From positions 1 through 64,000 of the IMG/VR virus record IMGVR_UViG_3300031962_000002: DNA of 64,000 bases, one strand, 5' to 3'. This document shows positions 52,001 to 60,264 of the stretch, piece by piece. Positions within the stretch are counted from its first letter, which is position 1; each line of letters opens with the position of its first letter. The translations under genes and the position numbers were made by a program. Source of the stretch: a virus. The notes beneath the pieces are model-generated. The model was not told the DNA's origin. It made no database searches and worked only from the letters and a program-made list of their open reading frames with translations.

Positions 52001-52268
52001 TATTATTCCATCCAGCGAAAAAAAGACGATTAGACTTTTTATCCTGAACACATCCGATGATTTGATTCGTGCCTGACGGAAGTGAATTTGCGACTAACTG
52101 ATTTCCAATGAGACTACAAACAATTGATTCAGCCGCATTCGCGTAAGAGGTAGAATAAGGTTGAATTGGAGAACCGTTGGTGAGTTTACGGTAGTCTCCT
52201 GGCTGCATGGCTCGACAGTCTGCATCCAAGTTCATTTTTTGGAATCGTTGATGCCATGATTGGTTCAT
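49014..52268 (-). CDS. Tail stabilisation/muzzle (tubular B-like) protein
   Basis: 1084 aa, beta-rich, with MNLD.D.R...GDYR, YQFFYRYVY.D and GWDP.YD.Y; lies between the ring and ejection genes. Confidence 0.75.
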   Translation of the reverse strand: MNQSWHQRFQKMNLDADCRAMQPGDYRKLTNGSPIQPYSTSYANAAESIVCSLIGNQLVANSLPSGTNQIIGCVQDKKSNRLFFAGWNNTAANNSIYQYSGATGAITLVMRTALFAWAQTDFVDMDIVGDILIFTNNGIDIQKINVLKAIAGGTYTPLAVELTFIKPPPLAPLTWALGYDTSTSINFISGSYFQFFYRYVYEDYDYSVFNSASLVCNGWLHPTGIDVDYASHVNQAVTGNYAVDGEVTPTVGDRILLTNQTNIGENGIWVKATGAWTKATDSPDISSTPTTVYVKGGVKNFSQVWFLNVPIGGTVVRTNLTGPNYMTITRPVTPPATVIQIEYAVRVNGSNEFFVYKIEKTGAFTSSHTFYNTSYLFTVPDADTFVWNDNIPLKTKSLKIFKNRTFLFNNTEGYTHNTTTQVTLSLTNVTPNFVNGESVTKVIRVAKGGGRYNVGVMFFDFAGRHSGVKCDNTITIPESNNKYKIHVDLTAIAADIPTWAVRRSIVCTKELTSSFFLSQFTQDIYFYKQDGSGVYTYNKDLSAIAAEGTAIDISALTKEKRGYTFNAGDRIKIYDYLNLDNTYHVIDVEILAQDGRFVFTRVLSELNPLSTTLSTNFRFQIYTPIKATQAPFFETGITNINGTTFDLDGDIEIGIHEIYSCPPTGGGSYSATDPFAASNAYIVQPNSSFLQPLEDMSVWEKVFPQWITDAGRSLVKSDSRQINKYTYLRFGQQFILNANFLGLNTFYALDEQALPIENGAGTRLAEAGEVLVAVQEVETEAVYVGQGFVQTSNANLFLTKTDNVIGDARKYLGGHGSLHPASVVAREGKVYYLDIRKGVVVRRAQDGLYVISDYGVKGLISTLCNTHATLATSRIIAGWDPQYDCYCISFIDTSGPSGITLYFHEKSNSWIFQSSMLPEFFGVLNQNQFAFLNGGCWIQSIEGNYNKFFGVQYNRQLDMEFSPLRTLIHIWDGVEVDVENIYVTSGSNEVIIQLYHKNGDTLQTQINYSDFILRESDRVWRSAFFRWMQDQNFTGPNALIQSKYNSARRVRGQSAFMTVVYNGTDRNPMKSITVYYTPSMQSNP

Positions 52269-52271
52269 AGC

Positions 52272-53066
52272 TTAAAGGACTGGTGCTAAATGATAGGTGT
52301 CTCTCAGAACTTCCATAACGTCTTCTGCGCGAAGAGGGAATAATCTTCCTTGAACCGCGTAAAATTCCTGCCAGTAGTTCTTTTCTGAAAGTTGTTTTTC
52401 GGCCATGTTTGAACTTCTCGAAAAATAGTGTCTCCATCTATGGATGCCAAGTTCAATCAGTTTGCCGGCATAAACATTCACGCAAATTTGTTCGGTTGGA
52501 TTAATGCCAGTGGAAATGTATTCCATATAAATTGGAGTCGATGAATTTAGGCTTATGTTGAATTGGATTTCTCCACGTTCACGATTTATCTTAAATTCTC
52601 CAACGCCGTTACTTTTTACAGCAAGTCCGAATAATTTACCCGTATCCATGAATCTGCTATCCAGATTGTAAAATAAAAACCGTGTTATATCCGTTGGATC
52701 GGGCAGAGAATTGGAACCTACTTCTGGGGCTGGTGAACCATTTGGAGGAACGTTATTCGGGAGATTCAAAGAAATCCTTCGATCGTTTGTGAAAAGTCGA
52801 ATTTGTTTGTTGAATTCTACGCCGATCATTACATAATCGACAAAATCATCCGGAAGTATTACGGCTTTCCAAGGTGTGAGGGTTAATACAACAGTCTTGA
52901 TTATTGCATCGAGATCAAATTGGAAACTTTTATAAGTGTCTAAAGCCCATTTGCGATAGGACTCATATCTATGCATCGTCTCACCAGTATCCATCAAAGC
53001 ATTTTTGATACACTCATCCAGTGTCACAAAACCTTTCTGCTTGCCGCCTTGTTTTGTCTGGCTCAT
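52272..53066 (-). CDS. Tail ring/adaptor protein
   Basis: LPDDFVDY motif and position. Confidence 0.65.
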   Translation of the reverse strand: MSQTKQGGKQKGFVTLDECIKNALMDTGETMHRYESYRKWALDTYKSFQFDLDAIIKTVVLTLTPWKAVILPDDFVDYVMIGVEFNKQIRLFTNDRRISLNLPNNVPPNGSPAPEVGSNSLPDPTDITRFLFYNLDSRFMDTGKLFGLAVKSNGVGEFKINRERGEIQFNISLNSSTPIYMEYISTGINPTEQICVNVYAGKLIELGIHRWRHYFSRSSNMAEKQLSEKNYWQEFYAVQGRLFPLRAEDVMEVLRDTYHLAPVL

Positions 53067-53704
53067 ACTTTAACTGGTTGTGATGGTATCGGTTGACCAT
53101 CCAGTATGCGATCTTGAGGCGCCATCGTCTTCAGCATCATTCGCACTTCTTTTATTATCTCGGTTTGATGTTCCGGGAAAATTGGCAAAACGTCATCTGG
53201 TCCAACTGAATCAGGACTTGCTACAACTAAGTCTACAAGAACTTTTCCTAAAATTGGCCCATCATTGTCGAAGTAAACATTAAGTCCTTTGTTCCAGTAG
53301 CTAAATTGGCCTGGATCAAGATCGGCACATGGAAGATCTTTGCTGACTGCCGGACTTAATCTAGGGATACCGTGATTCGTAGGGTCGTCCACAGGCGCAA
53401 CCGCCGCCAGTCCTTTGTTGAAAGGAAGGCTCATGTAGAATTCAGGGAGTGTGATATATTTTTGGGCTTTTTGTCCGTATTTCTGTGTTTGAACTGTCAC
53501 CGTATACGTGACCACCATCAACTGCAATAGACTTCTATCATCGGAGGCTAGTTTCTCATAAATACGTGGCGCAAGCACTGTATTGGAAGCCTGACGGATG
53601 TATTGAATAACATACAGTTCAGACAGATTGGAATCGACGCTTTGAGCTCCCCCGCTTTCGAGTTCGATTATTTCTCTAGCCAATTTTCGAAGTGTGATGC
53701 TCAT
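53063..53704 (-). CDS. Tail ring/adaptor protein
   Basis: ITLPEFY motif and position. Confidence 0.6.
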   Translation of the reverse strand: MSITLRKLAREIIELESGGAQSVDSNLSELYVIQYIRQASNTVLAPRIYEKLASDDRSLLQLMVVTYTVTVQTQKYGQKAQKYITLPEFYMSLPFNKGLAAVAPVDDPTNHGIPRLSPAVSKDLPCADLDPGQFSYWNKGLNVYFDNDGPILGKVLVDLVVASPDSVGPDDVLPIFPEHQTEIIKEVRMMLKTMAPQDRILDGQPIPSQPVKV

Positions 53705-54558
53705 ACTGTGCTGGCTTCAATGGGTATCTGGGGTTGTCCAAATCTTTGTACTTGCATATCCCTAAATGTCAAACCAAGAATTGCGCATGCATCTTTCGCT
53801 AACCGGTCCAAGCATTGTGGAGGCCATCCAACATCAGTACTTAACGCATCATTGTAAACATATTGAGTAGTCGATGTCACGGCTGAAAAAGTTATTGTAG
53901 CGTCTCCAGTTCCAGACGATTTCGTTAAAGTACCGCTGGCAGTTGGGCCAGTTCCTGGACTTGTGCAAATTAAAGTAGTCGCACCCGCTATTGTGTTTAC
54001 AACTGTAAATGTCTGACCGTTGTTTGTGTAGGTAGCCCCCACAGTTGCATTTGCAGAGGTAACAGTAAAAGTATAAGTCAGCGTTGTAACATAAATAGGT
54101 TTGACTGGTCTTATGAAATAATTGAAGACCACTGGTGTAACCTGATCGGACAATTCTAGTTGTTGAGCGGTGCCGTCATTGAATATGTTAGCGATCAAAT
54201 TTGTGGTGCTGTGAACGTCAATCGGATCTCGAAGTCTACGCCTGAATACTCCAGCCTCAAATATCCGTATCTCGTAGTTGACTCCACCTACCAACGCCCA
54301 AAGATCCATTTCATGTAAATAGTCGGAAGGAAGTGGGCCAAGGTTGTTGGTGATTGCAATATTCGCCCTCTTCATGAAAGGGAAAAGTTCGTTCCTGACT
54401 TTTTTTGTTTTAGCAAATTCACTGACAAGTTCGCGAAAGAAACTCATTTGCGCGAAGTCTATCGCTTGCATCACTTGGTCATCGGAATAGTAAGTTGTGA
54501 CTCCTTTGTCAGTGGCAAGGGATATTATGTCGTAAATCTGTTTTGCGAGCTTTGCCAT
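53701..54558 (-). CDS. Tail ring/adaptor protein with an inserted Thr-rich module
   Basis: AQMSFF, LPSDYL and YFIRP; insert YTFTVTSANATVGATYTNNG...ITFS. Confidence 0.65.
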   Translation of the reverse strand: MAKLAKQIYDIISLATDKGVTTYYSDDQVMQAIDFAQMSFFRELVSEFAKTKKVRNELFPFMKRANIAITNNLGPLPSDYLHEMDLWALVGGVNYEIRIFEAGVFRRRLRDPIDVHSTTNLIANIFNDGTAQQLELSDQVTPVVFNYFIRPVKPIYVTTLTYTFTVTSANATVGATYTNNGQTFTVVNTIAGATTLICTSPGTGPTASGTLTKSSGTGDATITFSAVTSTTQYVYNDALSTDVGWPPQCLDRLAKDACAILGLTFRDMQVQRFGQPQIPIEASTV

Positions 54559-55118
54559 TATGCAACGGCATTCTTTCCGAAAGGTCTTAGTGTAGCTGCT
54601 CTGAACAATCTAACATTGCCAGCCGTGGTGATTGCAATGGATTTGATAATTCCTGGAAACACATAAAGTTTACCTTGAAGGAAGTTTTCAAGGGTTTCAT
54701 TGCCCCCTTGTCTGTTTGGGTCCCAATAAGTCAGGGCTACATTTGCTGCCGTCAGGTCTGCCCCCATAGCCATGAATCCATCCCAGGCTCCCAAACCGCC
54801 TGTTATATCCCAGTTGCCTGTTACATCTGTTGGGGCCTGATAGGCTATTTCAAGGATGATTTGGTTTGAAGCAACGACAATATCTTTGATGTGATGTAAC
54901 CCATTCAGCCACGCATCAAGATTGGTAAGGTTAATAGGCATCCCTTTTGTCAATCCTGTGACTGAATTAACCGTAATGGCTGTATAGCCACTCCATTTGC
55001 CACTTATTGATTTCGCATCCGAGACGGCTGATACAGTGCCAGTGGCTTGTGCGATACCTACATCATCGGTTCCTTTGTCTGCCGCTGTGAGTGAGAAAAA
55101 TTTATCTTTTGACCCCAT
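54558..55118 (-). CDS. Putative virion structural protein
   Basis: Beta-rich ORF in the structural operon. Confidence 0.6.
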   Translation of the reverse strand: MGSKDKFFSLTAADKGTDDVGIAQATGTVSAVSDAKSISGKWSGYTAITVNSVTGLTKGMPINLTNLDAWLNGLHHIKDIVVASNQIILEIAYQAPTDVTGNWDITGGLGAWDGFMAMGADLTAANVALTYWDPNRQGGNETLENFLQGKLYVFPGIIKSIAITTAGNVRLFRAATLRPFGKNAVA

Positions 55119-55135
55119 GTTATTTTATGGTTTTG

Positions 55136-55297
55136 TTAAGGCCCAGTTTCCAATTCAATGTTTCCAGTTCCGGTTTCAAGTTGGATGTGACCAGTCCCTG
55201 ACTCCAACGCAATGTCAGAACCGCTTCCGCCACCTCCACCACCGCCATTGGCGAGACTTGGTGGTTCCCACATTTGAGCAATCAAATCCAGTTCCAT
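55136..55297 (-). CDS. 53-aa protein with a Gly linker and three I-x-L-E-(S/T)-G repeats (not in ORF track)
   Basis: MELDLIAQMWEPPSLANGGGGGGGSGSDIALESGTGHIQLETGTGNIELETGP; fills the gap. Confidence 0.7.
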   Translation of the reverse strand: MELDLIAQMWEPPSLANGGGGGGGSGSDIALESGTGHIQLETGTGNIELETGP

Positions 55298-55306
55298 GTT
55301 GTAAAG

Positions 55307-55999
55307 TTAGTTAATCTTAACCTTCGAACCACTCCATTTGATTTTTGTGCGTCCTCCCGAGTTGGGGTGACTGGTGAACGCTTTTGTCTGCTTTTTTGTG
55401 GAAGTCCAAGGGGTATTTTCAAACGACTGCTGGCGGGGGATAGATTGAGACGCGGGTTTAACGGGCTTTTGGACGGAAGTCACTGGCCGAGTGATTGTTT
55501 CTTTTGTAACAGTTGGCTTTCCGGGGATTGGTATCTTAATTTTTGCTTGTTTGTACGTGGTTTCATGCCTTCCTGAATACTCTTCTTTGCCTTTATAGTT
55601 ATAGGAAGTTTGACCTTCTTTCTGCGCATTCATGCGCATTTGAGTTTTTTCAGGCTTTTCGTGCCGTAGTGCGCCGCTTGCCATGGAGGTTTTTTCATCC
55701 ACTGGTTTGTTGCCGTGAAAGGAACCTGGCACAAATGTTTTTTGAGGTACACTGATAGGGCGATCTTCGTAAGTTGTCGGTGTCGATGGGCCTGGTTTTT
55801 CAATAGTCTGCGACTTCATGCCCACATTCACTGTGCTGCCGCGTGACAGATTTTGACCCGGATTGGTTGGATCCGCAATTTTCCCTTTGCTTTTGATTTT
55901 GTAACTACCTCCCTGCGCTATTGAGGCCATGCCTCTTTCGTCTTTCGCCTTACGTGATAACAAGTTTATCTTGGCGAATGGTGGCTTGGTATCTGGCAT
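55307..55999 (-). CDS. Basic low-complexity protein (possible internal/core protein)
   Basis: Lys/Thr/Pro/Ser-rich; first gene of the late block. Confidence 0.6.
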   Translation of the reverse strand: MPDTKPPFAKINLLSRKAKDERGMASIAQGGSYKIKSKGKIADPTNPGQNLSRGSTVNVGMKSQTIEKPGPSTPTTYEDRPISVPQKTFVPGSFHGNKPVDEKTSMASGALRHEKPEKTQMRMNAQKEGQTSYNYKGKEEYSGRHETTYKQAKIKIPIPGKPTVTKETITRPVTSVQKPVKPASQSIPRQQSFENTPWTSTKKQTKAFTSHPNSGGRTKIKWSGSKVKIN

Positions 56000-56007
56000 A
56001 GTTGTAA

Positions 56008-56331
56008 TTGTTTAGTAAAAATTGCAAATTTGGACAACATTTACAAATAACCATTTTAACCCCAAACAAATTGCAACAATCAGATGTCGATAATGCCGAA
56101 GCGCTAAAAGCCGCTCCGCTTGCATTGAAATTGGTAAAGGAACTTGCTTTAAGGGTTGAGAAACTCGAAAATGCCGTTCTTGGGGAATTGCCAGCCGCAC
56201 CAACTTCGGCCAGCGTGATTCCTGAAGTAAGTGATCTAGTTAAGGAGGAAACTCCGGCTGAAGAACCAGCAACTATCGAGACTCCGGCGCCTGTTGATGC
56301 ACCCGCCGAGCCATCCGTAGAAGGACAATAA
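56008..56331 (+). CDS. Acidic Pro/Ala-rich hypothetical protein (start uncertain, possibly TTG near 56071)
   Basis: ORF with a leader motif shared with groES. Confidence 0.55.
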   Translation: MFSKNCKFGQHLQITILTPNKLQQSDVDNAEALKAAPLALKLVKELALRVEKLENAVLGELPAAPTSASVIPEVSDLVKEETPAEEPATIETPAPVDAPAEPSVEGQ

Positions 56332-56352
56332 CCATTTTAACCCCCCATCAAA

Positions 56353-56667
56353 ATGATTAAAGCGCCTGAGGATAGAATTATCCTCAAACCAATTCCGCCT
56401 GAAACCGTCCTGAAATCTGGCCTTTTTATCCCTTTGGAGGCCCAAAAGGTCATATGGTGGGAAGTTGTCGCTATCGGCCCGCACGTTGCCAACCGGATAA
56501 AGATTGTCGGCGATAAAGTCACTGTCTTCCAAGATCCAGAAATAAAACTTGAACCCGGCATGTTGGTATTGATCGGAGAATCAGTAGGTATCGAGTTTGA
56601 AGATAAGGGAGAAAAATTCAAGGTGATACGGCACTCGTCTGTGGAACTTTACGATGACAAAAAATGA
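56353..56667 (+). CDS. groES: Co-chaperonin GroES (Cpn10)
   Basis: PEDRIILK...KSGLFIP...EVVAIGP...GIEF..KGEK.KVIR. Confidence 0.85.
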   Translation: MIKAPEDRIILKPIPPETVLKSGLFIPLEAQKVIWWEVVAIGPHVANRIKIVGDKVTVFQDPEIKLEPGMLVLIGESVGIEFEDKGEKFKVIRHSSVELYDDKK

Positions 56668-56816
56668 TCTGTGAACAGTGTAGCGTTGAAATTATCACCT
56701 TAATGGACCAAGTGAATCATGTTTGTCCTCAAAGTAGTTTGTGTCCAAAGGAATTTGTTTTGCCAGATATTGATGAAATTATTTTAAAACTTATTGAATT
56801 GGAGGATACTGAATGA
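56664..56816 (+). CDS. 50-aa Cys-containing hypothetical protein (not in ORF track)
   Basis: MICEQC...HVCP; ATGA overlaps at both ends. Confidence 0.55.
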   Translation: MICEQCSVEIITLMDQVNHVCPQSSLCPKEFVLPDIDEIILKLIELEDTE

Positions 56817-57490
56817 CGCGCTATTCCTCCATCCGATTCAAACCGGCTGACCTTTTCCGCCACAAGACCTTCCAGAAGTTAAAGTCACGCCCTGACTGCG
56901 ATAAACTCGTCAACTACATTCTTTTTCTTTATTCAAAGGACAGTGAATTAATCCGCGAATTTGAGAACGACCTACAAGCCCGCAAGAATGAGGCAGCTAA
57001 AGATGCAGGATATGTGAAGGTTGGCGGAAAATGGGATAATGATCTCGAAAAAGTGATGACCATTCGTGATTACAAAGTGCATGATGCCATCATGGAATTT
57101 CTGAAAATGCAAAAGCATGATGTGTTTACGGATATTCAGATAACTGAGCAGGAGTTATTTGAATTTCAGTCTATGCGTTTCGCGCCAGTTCTCAAGAATA
57201 AAGCTAAAAAGAATCCATCGGCTGACGAAGAGAAAGCCATCATTGAATCCACTTTAAAGAAAAGTACTTTGATGAAAGCCTGCGATGAACGCCGGGTTAG
57301 ACTTGTCAGCCTGCGAGCAGAATTCTACGGAGATAACAAAGACGTGCAAGAGGCAGAATTCACCGAGCAAATTACTCCGGAAAAGGCGGAGCGAATTTTG
57401 GCGACACTTCCTGCTCCTTATGAACTTGAAATTTCAACTCCCGTAGTCGATAATCACCAATCTTCCATCCAACCATCCGAAAGAGTCTGA
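56813..57490 (+). CDS. Hypothetical protein (terminase small subunit is possible)
   Basis: 225-aa helical ORF with no diagnostic motif. Confidence 0.6.
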   Translation: MTRYSSIRFKPADLFRHKTFQKLKSRPDCDKLVNYILFLYSKDSELIREFENDLQARKNEAAKDAGYVKVGGKWDNDLEKVMTIRDYKVHDAIMEFLKMQKHDVFTDIQITEQELFEFQSMRFAPVLKNKAKKNPSADEEKAIIESTLKKSTLMKACDERRVRLVSLRAEFYGDNKDVQEAEFTEQITPEKAERILATLPAPYELEISTPVVDNHQSSIQPSERV

Positions 57491-57820
57491 TTTTTTTTCA
57501 CAAGGAAATTTGCTTTCTGGAAAATCTGGTTCAATTATTAAAAAATCATCAATGTTAATATGTGCGAGTTTGCCGTCTCGGCATTCTTGATCGGTCAATA
57601 CTTTAACTCTTGGCATCACAATTATAAGGCATCCCAACGAACACCACAAAACAGGGCATAGTTTTTTTGTCCACTTAAACATTCTGCTCCAATGCTGCTC
57701 TTGATCGTTAGCAAGAATTCCTTGCAGAAAGTGACGATATGAATAAAATGATGGAAATTTTATGGCGTATTTTTTGGTGATTATTACCCACCTTGTGACA
57801 CCAGTTTTAACTAATCTCAT
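57434..57820 (-). CDS. Minimal protein-kinase-like fold protein
   Basis: GVTR.V, YAIKFP, AN..E, VMPR and EKK.DSFG...IIDYG; likely start MRLVKTG. Confidence 0.65.
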   Translation of the reverse strand: MRLVKTGVTRWVIITKKYAIKFPSFYSYRHFLQGILANDQEQHWSRMFKWTKKLCPVLWCSLGCLIIVMPRVKVLTDQECRDGKLAHINIDDFLIIEPDFPESKFPCEKKSDSFGWLDGRLVIIDYGS

Positions 57821-58472
57821 TTTTCCTCCATCGTGGATGGTTGCTTTTGACATACTTCCTCTTCGGAATCTTTGGCGGATCACCATGAAATGGTGCATTG
57901 GGGTCAAAACCTCTTCCCCTCCATTCCGGATACTGCATGACAAGATAGTATGTGATCTTTTTGTAGTTCTCTTCGCCAATCATTGAAAGCCACATTTCAA
58001 GATTATTATTCGCAGCGTGGAGGTTTTCAACGAATGCCTTAATCATCATTTTACCAAGTCCTGTCACCCGGTACAATCTCGCTCTATTTGCACTCAATGG
58101 AATATTTTCTACCAACCCTAATTTTGTCAATTCAGCCTTTCGCGCTGCGAATATCGCGCCACTCACATTCATTCCTTTGATGGCGGGATAGGCAGGGAAA
58201 GCAAATCCTTCTTTTGCTTCCTCACAGCGCTGCATCCAGCAAAGTTCTTGAAATCGAGTGTATTTAAGTTTTCCAGGTAGTTGATCTTTAAACTGACTTT
58301 TGGTTATTACCCAAGCTGGGTACATGAGCCCTACCAGTCTCCATACCTCGTCATTTATTCGGCTGTTGATAGGATAAATGTCGTTCAACTCTCCGTAACT
58401 CTTTCCAGAGAATAAAGGCATTTCTTTGCCGAACTTCCACCGCTTTTTCTTGGGTTTATCTTCGTTCATCAA
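57807..58472 (-). CDS. Hypothetical protein, winged-helix-like
   Basis: LTKLGLVE...LYRVTGLGK wing motif. Confidence 0.6.
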   Translation of the reverse strand: MMNEDKPKKKRWKFGKEMPLFSGKSYGELNDIYPINSRINDEVWRLVGLMYPAWVITKSQFKDQLPGKLKYTRFQELCWMQRCEEAKEGFAFPAYPAIKGMNVSGAIFAARKAELTKLGLVENIPLSANRARLYRVTGLGKMMIKAFVENLHAANNNLEMWLSMIGEENYKKITYYLVMQYPEWRGRGFDPNAPFHGDPPKIPKRKYVKSNHPRWRKNEIS

Positions 58473-59986
58473 AATGGCTGTTCAAATTGGTCTTGATCCT
58501 TTAACTGTTCAGTCGGGTCTTTCATACGAGTCACTCCATTAATCTGCCTTTGTGTGTTCCAAGTATGCTCCGCAGCCCAAGGAACAAATTTTGTAATCTT
58601 CCCTATGAACTTCAGTTTTGCTGTTTCCAAGGCTCCTGCTCTGTGCTTTGCCACAATAACTTCCGCAAGTCCACTGGTAGAATTTCCATCCACATCTTCG
58701 GTGATTTTGTAATACTCTGGACGGTATAGGAACAGAACCAAATCGGCATCGCTCTCCAAACTGCCCGATTCTCGCAAGTCGGAAAGCTGTGGCCGTTTGT
58801 CACCTCCGCGTGTCTCCAACCCCCTGTTCAAAGAAGAAATCAGGATAACACAAATGCCGTTTTCCTTAGCAATTGCCTTACATCCACGCGACACGTTTCC
58901 TATTTCCTGGTCTCGGGATATTGATTGACCGTGGACAGTCCCGCGAACGAGCTGGGCATAGTCAATCAGCAATATCCTGATTTTATGCTTTTGAACCATT
59001 CTTTTAGCCCTAGCCCGTATATCGGTGATGTGTAAAGCTGCTGAATCATCGATATACATTTCGCACTGTCCTACCTTGCCATAACCATCAGCCATCCGCT
59101 CGAATTCGTACTGGGTAAGTGCATCCTTGCCTTGCCTAACCTTGTCAGAGTCAATTTCGGCCTCTGCGCACGCTAGGCGTTCGATGACAGCCACGGACGG
59201 CATTTCAAGGGAGAAAGCCCCAGTCGGTATTCCGAGTTCCTTAGAGGCAAAATAAAGCGATTGAAAGGCCAATGTAGTCTTTGCCATGCCAGGGCGTCCG
59301 CCTAAAACTACCAAATGTCCTGCATGCCATCCAAAAATAATACGATCCAGTGTTTCGTGACCTGTTGATGTGCCAGAAGTCTGCCCGGCCATGCGGTTTT
59401 GAAGTCCTACATAGGCCTCGTAGGCTATTTCTTTCGCTGATTTCTTGTTTTTGGTGTCCGATAGGCTTTCTGTGATGCTTTCAATCCGCTCGTACGCATA
59501 ATCTTTCAATTCAAAGGCGTCTGTGGTATCGTCATAAGCCCTGGCGTGCAGTTCAGAGGCTATCATGATTAATTCCCGCTTCATAGCATGCTGGATGATA
59601 ATCCTCGCATGCCATTCGATATTTGCCGATGAACTTACCTTTGAAGTCAATTCAGCGATATAGTAGGCACCTCCAATCAACTCAATCTTTCCTTTTTTTC
59701 GGAGCCGGGCTATCACGGTGCGCATGTCAATCGCCTCCCCTTCGGTGAATAATTCAAAAATTGCCTCAAAAATCTCTTTATGAGCATCAACATAAAAGTG
59801 ATCTGGCCGGAGTATCCCTCCCACTACTGTCATCGCGTTTGACTCAAGCATCAAACCGCCAAGTATGGCCTGTTCAGTCGGAACATCCTGCGGTGGCATT
59901 TTTCCAATACTTTCGGAAATGTCTCTTGCTAGTGGCCTATTTGGAATCCCCTGACCTAATCGAACTGGCGTTGATCGTTGCTCCAT
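58469..59986 (-). CDS. dnaB: Replicative DNA helicase
   Basis: GRPGMAKT, FSLEM, IDYAQL, RPQLSDLRESGSLESDAD and KHRAG. Confidence 0.97.
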   Translation of the reverse strand: MEQRSTPVRLGQGIPNRPLARDISESIGKMPPQDVPTEQAILGGLMLESNAMTVVGGILRPDHFYVDAHKEIFEAIFELFTEGEAIDMRTVIARLRKKGKIELIGGAYYIAELTSKVSSSANIEWHARIIIQHAMKRELIMIASELHARAYDDTTDAFELKDYAYERIESITESLSDTKNKKSAKEIAYEAYVGLQNRMAGQTSGTSTGHETLDRIIFGWHAGHLVVLGGRPGMAKTTLAFQSLYFASKELGIPTGAFSLEMPSVAVIERLACAEAEIDSDKVRQGKDALTQYEFERMADGYGKVGQCEMYIDDSAALHITDIRARAKRMVQKHKIRILLIDYAQLVRGTVHGQSISRDQEIGNVSRGCKAIAKENGICVILISSLNRGLETRGGDKRPQLSDLRESGSLESDADLVLFLYRPEYYKITEDVDGNSTSGLAEVIVAKHRAGALETAKLKFIGKITKFVPWAAEHTWNTQRQINGVTRMKDPTEQLKDQDQFEQPF

Positions 59987-60264
59987 TATCTAACCATAAA
60001 CTTTGTTTCTAACCATCCTTGAAATTCTCCTGCAAAAAATGACGGACAAACCATTTGGTCACTATGGCTATCAATTGAACATCCGCACATTGCGCACGGT
60101 TCTTGTGTGGAGTGAATTTCTATAAAACATTTTTTTAATTGGTCTTGATCTATCCCTGTTCCATCACAAAATGAGCAAGTTGATGGACAATCCATTCCGT
60201 CAACGTTTATTTCCTTTTCTCCGTGACCATTACAGAATTCGCATTTTAAATCTTCGTATTTCAT
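59986..60264 (-). CDS. Small Zn-finger protein (CxxCxGxG repeats)
   Basis: CEFCNGHG and CSFCDGTG. Confidence 0.7.
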   Translation of the reverse strand: MKYEDLKCEFCNGHGEKEINVDGMDCPSTCSFCDGTGIDQDQLKKCFIEIHSTQEPCAMCGCSIDSHSDQMVCPSFFAGEFQGWLETKFMVR

